The notes: generated from the letters alone by a model not told the origin. Counted from the stretch's first letter, positions 8,836-17,896 are shown. The stretch is 27,151 nucleotides of DNA from Candidatus Zixiibacteriota bacterium (GCA_036170655.1 JAVHPP010000165.1:1-27151), one strand, 5' to 3'. Numbers and translations are program-made.

Positions 8836-9006
8836 CGGCCGTGTTGAAGACCTCCGATCCGCCGAATGCCACCAAGTCATCTCAGCGGGAGGGCAAGACT
8901 TCGGCCGAGCCTTTTTTGTCTTCCGCCGAAATGAGGCTCGGCAGGAGCCTCGCCCACCCAACATTTCAAATAGTAAATTCTCAGGCAGAGTTTTTCACCA
9001 CGGCCG
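8836..9006. mobile_element. MITE-like element B (about 171 bp) with terminal inverted repeats and an internal GGGAGGGCGAGGCTCC-type REP doublet
   Basis: Ends CGGCCGTGTTGAAGACCTC (8836-8854) and GAGTTTTTCACCACGGCCG (8988-9006); internal inverted pair at 8887-8911 and 8935-8959. No clean target duplication seen. Confidence 0.6.
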
Positions 9007-9074
9007 CAAGCGGATAATGACAAAACGCTACATGAGCAGAGCGATGACCTGAGGCGAAGAATATCCGGGGGGCG

Positions 9075-9956
9075 TCACGCCGATTGCTGTTCCGCTGCGG
9101 TGACGGTGTTGGCCATCAGCATGGCGACGGTCATGGGACCGACGCCACCGGGGACGGGCGTAATTGCGCCGGCGGCCTGCGACACGGATGGGAAATGCGC
9201 ATCACCGACGAGACGGTACCCCTTGGGAACAGCCGGATCGGACACACGGTTGATGCCGACGTCGATGACAGTCGCGCCGGGTTTGATCATGTCGCCCGTA
9301 ATTGATTCCGGGCGCCCCATGGCCAGGATGAGGATGTCGGCGCGGCGGCAGTGCTCGGCGAGATCGCGGGTTCGACTGTGACAGAGGGTGACCGTGGCAT
9401 CGCCCTTCGGATTCTTGAGCGAAAGCAGAATTGAAAGCGGCCGCCCGACGATGTTGCCGCGTCCCAGCACGACGACGTCGGCGCCGGATGTTGGAATCCC
9501 CGAACGAACGAGCAACTCGACGATGCCCACCGGTGTGCAGGGAAGCAAACGGGGAAAGCCCAAGGTCATGGCGCCGATATTCTGCGGATGGAAACCGTCA
9601 ATGTCTTTGCGCGGATCAATAAGCCCCACCAGCGCCGCTTCATCCAATCCCGCCGGCAGCGGTGACTGGATAATATAGCCATGCAGATCGCTGCGGCGAT
9701 TCAGTTGAGCAATCAGCGCGGCAACATCCGCGAAGGTTGCCGTCGCCGGCCAGCGGATGACTTCGGAGGCGATTCCCATCGCCTCGGCCGTCTTCTGCTT
9801 AGCGGACACATAGACGCGGGATGCCGGATCATCGCCAACCAGCACAGCGGCCAAGCGTGGCGTGATGCCGCGCGCACGCAACACACCGATGCGATCCGTC
9901 AATTCGGCGCGGATCTGCGACGCAATGGGCTTACCCTCAAGGAGACGAGCGGTCAT
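9075..9956 (-). CDS. folD: Bifunctional methylene-THF dehydrogenase/cyclohydrolase FolD
   Basis: VGDDPAS..Y...K, KDIDGFHP, PCTP, GRGNIVGRP, VIDVGIN, TPVPGGVGPMT motifs. Start at 9956 or 9971. Confidence 0.97.
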   Translation of the reverse strand: MTARLLEGKPIASQIRAELTDRIGVLRARGITPRLAAVLVGDDPASRVYVSAKQKTAEAMGIASEVIRWPATATFADVAALIAQLNRRSDLHGYIIQSPLPAGLDEAALVGLIDPRKDIDGFHPQNIGAMTLGFPRLLPCTPVGIVELLVRSGIPTSGADVVVLGRGNIVGRPLSILLSLKNPKGDATVTLCHSRTRDLAEHCRRADILILAMGRPESITGDMIKPGATVIDVGINRVSDPAVPKGYRLVGDAHFPSVSQAAGAITPVPGGVGPMTVAMLMANTVTAAEQQSA

Positions 9957-9996
9957 CTGGCATCCCTGCATTCAATCCATCAGAAACTCGAATGCG

Positions 9997-10866
9997 TCAT
10001 ACGTCGCCGGGAGGGACGGATCGGGGTTCATCCGAGTTGATCTCCCGTGGCGGCAGACCGAAATACTCGCGGACCGAGGGTGTACCGTCATAGTCGAGGC
10101 GGAAGCGTTCGATTGCTGTAGCGCGCCCGCTGGCCTCATCGACATCGACCACTACGGCGGAGAGTTTCACATCGCCATCCGCCATCTGAAAGCGGTGCGG
10201 CAACGCGGTGAGAAAGCGCGCAATGGCATCCTCCGGCCGTGCCCACAAGACCGAATCGTGCGGGCCGGTCATGCCGGCGTCGGTCAGGTAGGCCATCCCC
10301 TTGGGAAAGATCCGTTCATCGGCCGTCTGGACATGGGTGTGCGTGCCGATCAACGCGCTCACCCGTCCATCGATGTAGTAGGCGAGCGCCTGCTTTTCGG
10401 ATGTCGCTTCGGCGTGGAAATCGACAAAGATGATGTTGGTTTCCATGCGCAGCCGTTCGATCTCGTGGTCGGCCGTGCGAAAGGGGCAGTCGATCTCCTT
10501 CATGAAAACGCGTCCTTGGAGATTGAGAACGCCGACCGGGATTCCCGCTGCGGTTTTCCTCACCACAGCGCCCGCGCCGGGCGCGCCCGGAGGATAGTTC
10601 GCCGGACGCAGGAGCAACGGCTGTTCGTTGAGCACCTCGTGGGCCTCGGTGCGGTCCCAGATGTGATTCCCGGAGGTCTGCACATCAATGCCGTAGGTGA
10701 ACAGCTTTTGGGAGATTTCGCGTGTAACGCCATATCCGCCGGCGGCATTCTCAACGTTGGCGATGACGAAGTCGATTTCGTATTTCCGCTTGAACCCCCA
10801 GAGCAGTTGTGAGACCACCCAACGGCCCGGTCGCCCGGTAATATCGGCGATGAACATGATGCGCAT
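9997..10866 (-). CDS. ymdB: YmdB/TIGR00282-family metallophosphoesterase
   Basis: ANVENAAGG, TSGNHIWD, RPANYP, DFHAEATSEK, GTHTHVQTAD, TDAGMTGP motifs; follows rny. Confidence 0.93.
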   Translation of the reverse strand: MRIMFIADITGRPGRWVVSQLLWGFKRKYEIDFVIANVENAAGGYGVTREISQKLFTYGIDVQTSGNHIWDRTEAHEVLNEQPLLLRPANYPPGAPGAGAVVRKTAAGIPVGVLNLQGRVFMKEIDCPFRTADHEIERLRMETNIIFVDFHAEATSEKQALAYYIDGRVSALIGTHTHVQTADERIFPKGMAYLTDAGMTGPHDSVLWARPEDAIARFLTALPHRFQMADGDVKLSAVVVDVDEASGRATAIERFRLDYDGTPSVREYFGLPPREINSDEPRSVPPGDV

Positions 10867-10885
10867 GGGAGCGTCTCAATATGAA

Positions 10886-10910
10886 GGGCGACCCGTCGGG
10901 TCGCCCCTGC
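10886..10910 (-). repeat. Single GTAG-like REP hairpin between rny and ymdB
   Basis: Minus strand GCAG-GGGCGACCC-GAC-GGGTCGCCC; perfect 9-bp stem with no U-tract. Confidence 0.55.
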
Positions 10911-10921
10911 CACAAGTTGGT

Positions 10922-12496
10922 TTATCGCGCGTAGTCAACGGCGCGGGTTTCGCGGATTACGGTCACCTTGATCTGTCCGGGATATTGCATCTCTGCCTGA
11001 ATCTTCTTGGCGATATCATTGGCCAGGAGGGTTGCGCCAACGTCATCGACGGACTCGTTTTCGACGATGACACGGACTTCACGCCCTGCCTGGATTGCAT
11101 ACGCCTTGGCAACACCGGTGAACGAGTCGGCCAGTTCTTCGAGTTTCTCCAGGCGTTTGACATATCCTTCGAGCGATTCGCGGCGCGCTCCCGGCCGTGC
11201 GCCGGAAATCGCGTCCGCCGCCTGGACAAGAATTGGATACGGCGAGAGCGGCGGCACATCGCCATGGTGCGCCTCAATGGCATTCAGCACCAGCGGGTGC
11301 TCGTTGTACTTTTTGAGGAAATTCACGCCGATCTCGATGTGCGTGCCCTCGGTGTCGCGGTCAATAGCCTTGCCGATGTCATGCATCAGGCCGCACCGTT
11401 TCGCCAGCATCGGATCGAGGCCAAGTTCGGCGGCCATGATCCCGCAGAGTGTCGCCACTTCGACAGAGTGCGACAGCACGTTCTGGCCGTAGGAAGTACG
11501 GAAGCGCAGTTTCCCCAAGAGCCAGACCACATCACGGTGCAAGCTGTGGATCCCCACCTCGAAGCAGGCTTGTTCGCCCGCTTCGCGGAGGATGACTTCC
11601 ATCTCTTTTTCGGTCTTCTCGACGATCTCTTCAATGCGCGTGGGATGGATCCGCCCATCGGCGACCAGCTTCTCCAGCGCCATCCGCGCGATTTCGCGAC
11701 GGACCGGATCGAAGCCGGAGAGAATCACGGCCTCGGGGGTGTCGTCGACGATCACATCAATGCCGGTGGCGGTCTCGAAAGAACGGATGTTGCGTCCCTC
11801 GCGCCCGATGATGCGCCCTTTCATCTCATCCGAGGGCAGACTGACGACCGAGACAGCGGTCTCCGCTGTCTGCTCAGCCGCACAACGGTAGATGGCGCTG
11901 ACGATGATTTCGCGCGCCTCTTTCTCGGCGTTGAGCTCGGCTTCCTCGAGGATCTCTTTGGCACGGGCGGCCGCCTCACGGCGGACCTGACCTTCAAGGT
12001 TCTCCATCAGGATCTTTTTGGCCTCATCGGTGGTCATGCCGGCTACGCGTTCGAGCTGTTTGTTCTGCTCTCCGATCAGGCGATCCAATTCGCCTTCACG
12101 TCCTCGCAGCGCCTTTTCTTTGGCAGAGAGGGCTTTTTCACGATTCTGAACGTCACGATCCTTTGTCTGCAGGACATCGACCTTGCGATTGAGAGCATCT
12201 TCCTGATCGGCAAGACGCTTCTCTACCTTCTGTTGCTCAGTGCGTTTGACCTGTAGTTCGCGTTCAAAGTTGACCTTGGCTTTGTACCATTCATCTTTGG
12301 CCTCAAGAAGCGCTTCTTTCTTCTTGATCTCCGCTTCCCTTTCCGCCTCACGAATGATCTGGGCAGCCATTTCATCGGCGCGGGCGATCTTGCCGCCGCC
12401 AATTTTGCGGGCCAGGAGCCATCCCAACAACGCAAACAAGCCCGCCACGCCGACCAGTACCACGGCGAACAACCACAAGGGCAATGGACTGCTCAT
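10922..12496 (-). CDS. rny: Ribonuclease Y
   Basis: N-terminal TM helix, coiled coil, KH domain (MKGRIIGREGRNIR), HD domain (HS...HDIGKA), AYAIQAGREVRV. ATG 12496 follows GGAG. Confidence 0.97.
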   Translation of the reverse strand: MSSPLPLWLFAVVLVGVAGLFALLGWLLARKIGGGKIARADEMAAQIIREAEREAEIKKKEALLEAKDEWYKAKVNFERELQVKRTEQQKVEKRLADQEDALNRKVDVLQTKDRDVQNREKALSAKEKALRGREGELDRLIGEQNKQLERVAGMTTDEAKKILMENLEGQVRREAAARAKEILEEAELNAEKEAREIIVSAIYRCAAEQTAETAVSVVSLPSDEMKGRIIGREGRNIRSFETATGIDVIVDDTPEAVILSGFDPVRREIARMALEKLVADGRIHPTRIEEIVEKTEKEMEVILREAGEQACFEVGIHSLHRDVVWLLGKLRFRTSYGQNVLSHSVEVATLCGIMAAELGLDPMLAKRCGLMHDIGKAIDRDTEGTHIEIGVNFLKKYNEHPLVLNAIEAHHGDVPPLSPYPILVQAADAISGARPGARRESLEGYVKRLEKLEELADSFTGVAKAYAIQAGREVRVIVENESVDDVGATLLANDIAKKIQAEMQYPGQIKVTVIRETRAVDYAR

Positions 12497-12602
12497 GTCG
12501 CTCTCCATATCCGGCACTCGCGATCAGCGGCGGGGGGTGCAAACGCCCTGCCGCGGCGCCATCGGGCAAAGATTCGGTTGTACGGTTGGTTACAGGAAAG
12601 GT

Positions 12603-12920
12603 TTAGACGCTGGCTGCCGAGCTTTCTCCCAGACGCCCATCCAGCCATTCCAGAATGCCGTGGGCCTTGGTCTCGACTTCCTCCAGCTTTCGTTCGGATT
12701 CACGCCGATGGGCGAACAGTTCATCAGTGATGTTCAGGGCCGCCAAAATGGCTATCTTGGCAGTCGGCAGGTTTGGGGACCGGTCAGCAACCTTGCGCAT
12801 AGAACGATCGACATAATCGGCCACCCGGGACATATATTCCGGGTCGGTGTCCTTGCCCCCCCTGAGAGGGTAATCCTCACCGAAGATACTGACTCGCACT
12901 GACTTGTTCGACGTTTCCAC
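12603..12920 (-). CDS. zapA: Cell division protein ZapA
   Basis: VSIFGEDYPL...VADYVDRSM...IAILAALNITDELF. Confidence 0.93.
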   Translation of the reverse strand: METSNKSVRVSIFGEDYPLRGGKDTDPEYMSRVADYVDRSMRKVADRSPNLPTAKIAILAALNITDELFAHRRESERKLEEVETKAHGILEWLDGRLGESSAASV

Positions 12921-13062
12921 GAACTTATCTCAACTTGTCCTTGACGTCTTCACGCTAACCCTGTGATCAACCGCGATCTATCTATAAAAACACAACACCC
13001 CGTTTGGGATAATTCCCCATCGGCTGGGAATTGTCAAGGTCATTTTTTGTCGGACAGGTGAA

Positions 13063-13320
13063 CTAAGTGAGCCCGCGTTCGTACTCGGCCAGCCGTTCGA
13101 TGAGGCGGCTGAGACGTGCCTTGATCTCGCTTAGCTGTGAGACGGGGACTTGCGGGGGTTGTTCCGCGAACCGGTTGGCTGCCGCGGCTTGTGCCTTGAG
13201 GCGATTTTTCAGTTCGCTGTTATCGGCCGCGAGAGAGGCTCGCTCGCTTTCCAGACGCTCGATCCGCTCGAAGGTCCGTTTGACCGACAATTCCAGACGA
13301 TCCAGCTCGGTCAGTTCCAT
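13063..13320 (-). CDS. ZapB-like coiled-coil protein
   Basis: LDRLE...IERLESE...N..LK...IKARLSRLIERL pattern; lies between pheT and zapA. Start at 13320 or 13329. Confidence 0.7.
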   Translation of the reverse strand: MELTELDRLELSVKRTFERIERLESERASLAADNSELKNRLKAQAAAANRFAEQPPQVPVSQLSEIKARLSRLIERLAEYERGLT

Positions 13321-13385
13321 AGAGTTCATGCGTTTGCGCGTGTGGCCGTTATTGGCGACCACCGCCGGTGGAACTTACAGAGCTT

Positions 13386-13414
13386 AGATTAATGTAACGC
13401 TTTAACCGTGTCAA
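13386..13414 (-). promoter_or_regulatory. sigma70-type promoter upstream of the zapB-like gene
   Basis: TTGACA (13409-13414), 17 bp, TAATCT (13386-13391). Confidence 0.6.
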
Positions 13415-13549
13415 GCAATTTCATTGGACCCAGACCGATCGTGTCCCGAATCTGCCCGGCTGTCAAGCAAAGCTTTAAGTCGTCGATTAATTGATGAAGA
13501 CGATCTTGATGGTCTGGACGATTCCGGTTACCCCAAGTCTTCGGGGGAC

Positions 13550-15946
13550 CTATCCCCTCAAGCGTGCGCCGTATTTATTTTCAAGTCTGGCGATGATGGC
13601 GTGGTGGACCTCGTCGGTTTCGCTGTCGGTCAGCGTCCTGTCGGGGTGGCGATAACTGATCGAGAAAGCCAGGTTGACCTTGCCTTCGGGAAGCGGACGG
13701 CCCGAGTACCGGTCGAAGAGCCGGATCGCATCCAGCAAAGCACCACCGGCCGAGCGGATCGTCTTCAGGATGTCGCCGACAGCAACCGTCTCGTCAACGA
13801 CAATGGCCAGATCACGGAAGGCAGCGGGAAACCGCGGAAGCGGACGGTACTTCTGCACCGGTCGTGTTTTTCCAGCCAGCAGATCGAAGTCAAGGACGGC
13901 AGCCCAGACAGGCTCTTTGACACCGAATCGGCGGGCATGGACAGGATCGATCAACCCCATCAAGCCAAAAGCGAGATCCGGCCCGACCGGTTCGGCCAAG
14001 ATCACAAATCCCTGCGCGGTAGCAAAGGGCGTAGTCGAGCCGGGAGCGATCGTGAACTCCTGGCCCCAGCGAGCCAGAAACTCACTGACAATTCCCTTGA
14101 GATCGAAAAAGTCATAGGCGCGGACCGCCTCTCCCCAACCCGCGGATGGCGCCCGACCGGAAAGGCCGATGATCAGTTCCGTTCGCTCGGAGTATGACGG
14201 TTCGCCATCCTGCAACTGGAAGACACGGCCGATCTCATAAACCGGGATCGAATCGACCTGACGGTTCTGATTGTGAGCGATCACCCTCAGCAGTGTCCCA
14301 TAAAGGTCAGGACGCAGGATGGATAGATCGGCCGAGAGCGGATTGCGCAGAACGACATGGCGCGCCGAATCGACGAAGGCCGACGACGGATCGGTCAGTG
14401 AATTGCCGATGATCTCATCCAAGCCCAGTCCTTCCAGCAGGTCACGGGCACGGCTCTTGTGGGAGGCGACAAGATCACGGCGGGTGGGGAGCGTCCCGGC
14501 GGCGCGGCGGCTGACCGGGATCTTCTCGTATCCGTAGACGCGCGCGATCTCCTCAACAAGATCGATTTCCCGGGTCACGTCCGGACGGAACGTCGGCACG
14601 GTAACAGTTGCGGGTTTGCCGGTTGAGACACCGAATTCGAGCGTCGCCAGAATGCTAATCATCGAGGGTGTTGCCAGATTCGTCCCCAGCACACGGTTCA
14701 CGCGCTCCGCATCGAGCTCGAGTTTGACCGGCTCGATCGGACGCGGATAGACGTCGGCCGCACGCGCAAGGACCTCTCCACCAGTCAGACGGGAAAAGAG
14801 TTCGGCTGCCCGATCGAGCGCGTAGGGGATACCGTTGGGATCGGCACCCTTCTCGAAGCGCAATGCCGATTCGGTCGCCAGACCCAGCCGAGTCCGGGTA
14901 CGCCGGATGCGCGGGGAGGAGAAGTAGGCGCCCTCGATGAGAAATGACGTCGTGCGCTCTGTGACCTCGGAATCGACCCCGCCCATGATCCCACCGATGG
15001 CCACACTCTGCTCCCCATTGGTTATCATGATAGCATCCGCAGGCAGCTTACGGCGGACATCGTCGAGGGTGACAAACTCTTCGCCGGGGAAAGCGGTTCG
15101 GACGACCACCCGGCCACTGGGGAAGCTCTTCAAATCAAAGGCGTGAAGCGGCTGCCCGGTCTCCATCATGACAAAGTTGGTGATATCGACGGCATTGTTT
15201 ATCGGGCGAATGCCCGCGGAGCGAAGCCGCCTTTTAAGCCAGAACGGCGACGGGCGCACATATCCCTTTCGGACGATGCGTGCGGCATAGCGGGGACATC
15301 CATCGGCGTCCTCCATCATCACATGCAGATGCGCATCGATCGGCTCGCGCGATTCGTTCACTCGGATTTCCGGACGGCGCACACGTCCCCCGACCAAGGC
15401 GGCCACCTCGCGCGCAATCCCGAAGACCGAGAGGCAATCGGCCCGATTGGGCGTCAGTTCGAACGAGAGCGATACTTCATCCAAGTTTAGTGCGCGCCAG
15501 AGGTCGTCACCAACAGTGAATTTCTCCGGGTCAAATTCCATCAGTGTGCCGGCGTCAGGAGACAGTCCCAATTCATTCTCTGAGCAGCACATTCCCTCCG
15601 AGGGGACGCCGTCGAAATCACGCACGCGGAGCGGCTCACGCCGCAACAGCGGGAGTTCCGAGCCGGGAAGCGCAAGTGGAACGAGCAAACCGACCTGGGC
15701 ATTGGGAGCACCACAGACAACCGATTTCTTCCCTGCGCGGACATCCACAGTGAGCACGCGGAGATCCGGACGACTCGGATGAGGTACGGACGATTCGATT
15801 CGTCCGATGACGACCTGCGTAAAGCGATCAAAAACGGGCTCGATGGCATCGACAGCCGTGCCAATGCTGGTCAGATGCTCCGCGAGTTCGGACGGTGTCC
15901 AGTCAAAGGTCACGTATTCTTTGATCCACTGGTAGCCGACTTTCAT
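13550..15946 (-). CDS. pheT: Phenylalanyl-tRNA synthetase beta subunit
   Basis: VCGAPN, SEGMCCS..ELG, LTPNRADCLS, VDITNFVM.ETGQPLHAFD, RFEKG, DLVEEIARVYGY, RDLA motifs. Confidence 0.97.
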   Translation of the reverse strand: MKVGYQWIKEYVTFDWTPSELAEHLTSIGTAVDAIEPVFDRFTQVVIGRIESSVPHPSRPDLRVLTVDVRAGKKSVVCGAPNAQVGLLVPLALPGSELPLLRREPLRVRDFDGVPSEGMCCSENELGLSPDAGTLMEFDPEKFTVGDDLWRALNLDEVSLSFELTPNRADCLSVFGIAREVAALVGGRVRRPEIRVNESREPIDAHLHVMMEDADGCPRYAARIVRKGYVRPSPFWLKRRLRSAGIRPINNAVDITNFVMMETGQPLHAFDLKSFPSGRVVVRTAFPGEEFVTLDDVRRKLPADAIMITNGEQSVAIGGIMGGVDSEVTERTTSFLIEGAYFSSPRIRRTRTRLGLATESALRFEKGADPNGIPYALDRAAELFSRLTGGEVLARAADVYPRPIEPVKLELDAERVNRVLGTNLATPSMISILATLEFGVSTGKPATVTVPTFRPDVTREIDLVEEIARVYGYEKIPVSRRAAGTLPTRRDLVASHKSRARDLLEGLGLDEIIGNSLTDPSSAFVDSARHVVLRNPLSADLSILRPDLYGTLLRVIAHNQNRQVDSIPVYEIGRVFQLQDGEPSYSERTELIIGLSGRAPSAGWGEAVRAYDFFDLKGIVSEFLARWGQEFTIAPGSTTPFATAQGFVILAEPVGPDLAFGLMGLIDPVHARRFGVKEPVWAAVLDFDLLAGKTRPVQKYRPLPRFPAAFRDLAIVVDETVAVGDILKTIRSAGGALLDAIRLFDRYSGRPLPEGKVNLAFSISYRHPDRTLTDSETDEVHHAIIARLENKYGARLRG

Positions 15947-15982
15947 GTCAGTCGTCCTGTCCGGTCAATTGCCCTGCGTTGT

Positions 15983-16055
15983 GGGAGGGCGAGGCTCCCG
16001 CCAGCCTTACTACATGCCATCCGCTGAAGAGGCTCGGCAGGAGCCTCGCCCTCCC
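15983..16055. repeat. REP-like inverted doublet between pheS and pheT
   Basis: GGGAGGGCGAGGCTCCCGCCAGCC (15983-16006) and GGCTCGGCAGGAGCCTCGCCCTCCC (16031-16055); same family as the pair at 8887-8959. Confidence 0.8.
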
Positions 16056-16101
16056 CTCCGCGGGACGGACATAGGGAGAAGCGCCAGGGCGCGCACCCCG
16101 A

Positions 16102-17118
16102 TCAGAACTGGCGCAAGAAACGCAGGTCGTTTTCATAGAAGAGCCGAATATCATCGATACCGTGTTTGAGAATGGCGATCCGTTCAATGCCCATACCAAA
16201 AGCGTAGCCGGAAAAAACCTTGGGATCGTAGTCCACCGCGGCGAATACAGCCGGATCGATCATGCCGGCTCCAAGGATCTCAAGCCAGCCCTCGTGCTTG
16301 CACATGGAACAGCCCTTTCCTCCACAGAGAAGACACGAAATATCGACCTCGGTCGATGGCTCCGTGAAGGGGAAGAAACTGGGACGGAAGCGCAACTTGA
16401 CGTCCGAGCCGAAGAATTCCAGCACAAATGCGACAAGCACTCCCTTCAGATCACTGAAAGAGACGTCAACGTCAACAAAGAACCCCTCGACCTGATGAAA
16501 GACGCAGTACGAACGCGCGTTGATCGCCTCATGACGATAGGACCTTCCCGGCGCCAGAATGCGCACGGGCGGACGCCGCCGTTCGAAAACGCGAACCTGG
16601 ACAGGCGACGTGTGCGTGCGCATTAGATACTCGTCATTGATGAAGAACGTGTCTTGCATGTCGCGTGCGGGATGATCGGGCGGGAAGTTGAGCGCGCCGA
16701 AGTTGTAGTATTCCGTCTCGATTTCGGGTCCGTCGGCGATCTCAAAACCCATCCCATAGAAGATGGACACAACTTCGTCCATGGTCTGGGTCAGGATGTG
16801 ACGGCGCCCATGGGGACGCGGACGTCCGGGGAGAGTGTAATCGTACGCCGGCCGCACGGCGGCCAACAACTCGCCATCCGCATCACCAAAGAGCGCGGCC
16901 AGGGATTCCTTGATGCGGTTGGCCCTCTCCCCCACGTCACGGCGGGCCTCGACGGGCAGGTCTCTCAGACCCCGGAGAATGGAATTGAGCGAGCCCTTAC
17001 GGCCCAAATAGCGAATGCGTACCGCCTCACGTTCCGGTAGCGGCGCATCGGCCCATTCGCGACGCGCGGACTCTTCGAGTTCTTTCAACTGCCCGGCAAT
17101 GTCTTCCACGATTCCCAC
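16102..17118 (-). CDS. pheS: Phenylalanyl-tRNA synthetase alpha subunit
   Basis: HPARDMQDTF, RTHTSPVQ, FHQVEG, FRPSFFPFTEPS, GYAFGMGIER motifs. Confidence 0.97.
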   Translation of the reverse strand: MGIVEDIAGQLKELEESARREWADAPLPEREAVRIRYLGRKGSLNSILRGLRDLPVEARRDVGERANRIKESLAALFGDADGELLAAVRPAYDYTLPGRPRPHGRRHILTQTMDEVVSIFYGMGFEIADGPEIETEYYNFGALNFPPDHPARDMQDTFFINDEYLMRTHTSPVQVRVFERRRPPVRILAPGRSYRHEAINARSYCVFHQVEGFFVDVDVSFSDLKGVLVAFVLEFFGSDVKLRFRPSFFPFTEPSTEVDISCLLCGGKGCSMCKHEGWLEILGAGMIDPAVFAAVDYDPKVFSGYAFGMGIERIAILKHGIDDIRLFYENDLRFLRQF

Positions 17119-17147
17119 AGATCATGTTCTCCGTCTCGCGACCGGAC

Positions 17148-17177
17148 AAAAAGAAAACCCCGTTCGGGGAACGGGGT
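17148..17177 (-). terminator. Intrinsic terminator after rplT
   Basis: Minus strand ACCCCGTT-CCCCG-AACGGGGT followed by TTTCTTTTT. Confidence 0.75.
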
Positions 17178-17229
17178 CAATAGTCATTTCGACCGGGCGC
17201 TCCTCACCCGGAGTGAGACTGATCGGTCA

Positions 17230-17577
17230 TCACTCGGCGATCGACCGGGCCACCGCTTCAAACCCCTTGGGATCGGTGGCGGCCATGTGGGCCAAGACCT
17301 TCCGATCGAGTGTGATGCCGGCCTTTTTCAGGCCATCGATCAAGCGGCCGTAGGTCAATCCGACACGATGGGCTGCAGCATTGATGCGCACGATCCACAG
17401 GGCGCGCATGGTGCGTCTGCGGGCACGGCGATCGCGGTAGGCGTACTCCCAGCCCTTCTCCACGGTTTCGCGGGCAGCGCAATACTGCTTGCGCCGTCCG
17501 CCAAAATTGCCCTTGGCGGCTTTGAGATAACGCTTATGGCGACGGTGCGCGGCAACGTTGTTGGTAGCTCTTGACAC
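17230..17577 (-). CDS. rplT: 50S ribosomal protein L20
   Basis: AKGNFGGR, YAYRDR, LWIVRINAA, LDRKVLA motifs. Confidence 0.97.
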   Translation of the reverse strand: MSRATNNVAAHRRHKRYLKAAKGNFGGRRKQYCAARETVEKGWEYAYRDRRARRRTMRALWIVRINAAAHRVGLTYGRLIDGLKKAGITLDRKVLAHMAATDPKGFEAVARSIAE

Positions 17578-17610
17578 GTGATTATCCCTTCTGATCGCGT
17601 CAGCAGACGG

Positions 17611-17808
17611 TCATCCGTACGGAAGCATCGTCCTTATGCGGCGCATATCGGCCGGAGAAACGAGCGCACTCCGACGGAGATGGCGTTTCCGTTTGGTGGT
17701 CTTGCAAGTGAACATGTGGCTGGAATAGGCCCGGCCACGCTTGTAGAGGCCGCTCTTGGTGCGTCTGAATCGTTTGGCTGCGGAGCGGTTGGTTTTCATC
17801 TTTGGCAT
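17611..17808 (-). CDS. rpmI: 50S ribosomal protein L35
   Basis: [14 protein letters not shown]...KRKRHLR...LPY. Confidence 0.97.
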   Translation of the reverse strand: MPKMKTNRSAAKRFRRTKSGLYKRGRAYSSHMFTCKTTKRKRHLRRSALVSPADMRRIRTMLPYG

Positions 17809-17868
17809 AGGTCACATCTTTCGCTATAAGCTCTTCTGCCTCTTGGACGTTCTGCCCAAGAATCTTCT

Positions 17869-17896
17869 ATTATACAGGAAATACGTCCGGTGTCAA
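17869..17896 (-). promoter_or_regulatory. sigma70 promoter for rpmI-rplT
   Basis: TTGACA (17891-17896), 16 bp, TATAAT (17869-17874); both hexamers are perfect. Confidence 0.8.

Noticed and set aside
6978..9006. CRISPR array
   Set aside because: The repeats are inverted doublets of different families, not regularly spaced direct repeats, and there are no cas genes.
10697..12256. Long plus-strand ORFs (also 3894-4757, 9862-10812, 19413-20735, 20833-21888, 23178-23939)
   Set aside because: They are antisense shadows of well-conserved minus-strand genes in GC-rich DNA and carry no recognisable motifs.
17122..17229. Possible PheM-type attenuator or T-box before pheS
   Set aside because: The short ORF (MTIDPVPRTGFSFC...) has Phe codons only within the terminator U-tract; no antiterminator or T-box motif is visible. 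A plain rplT terminator explains it.
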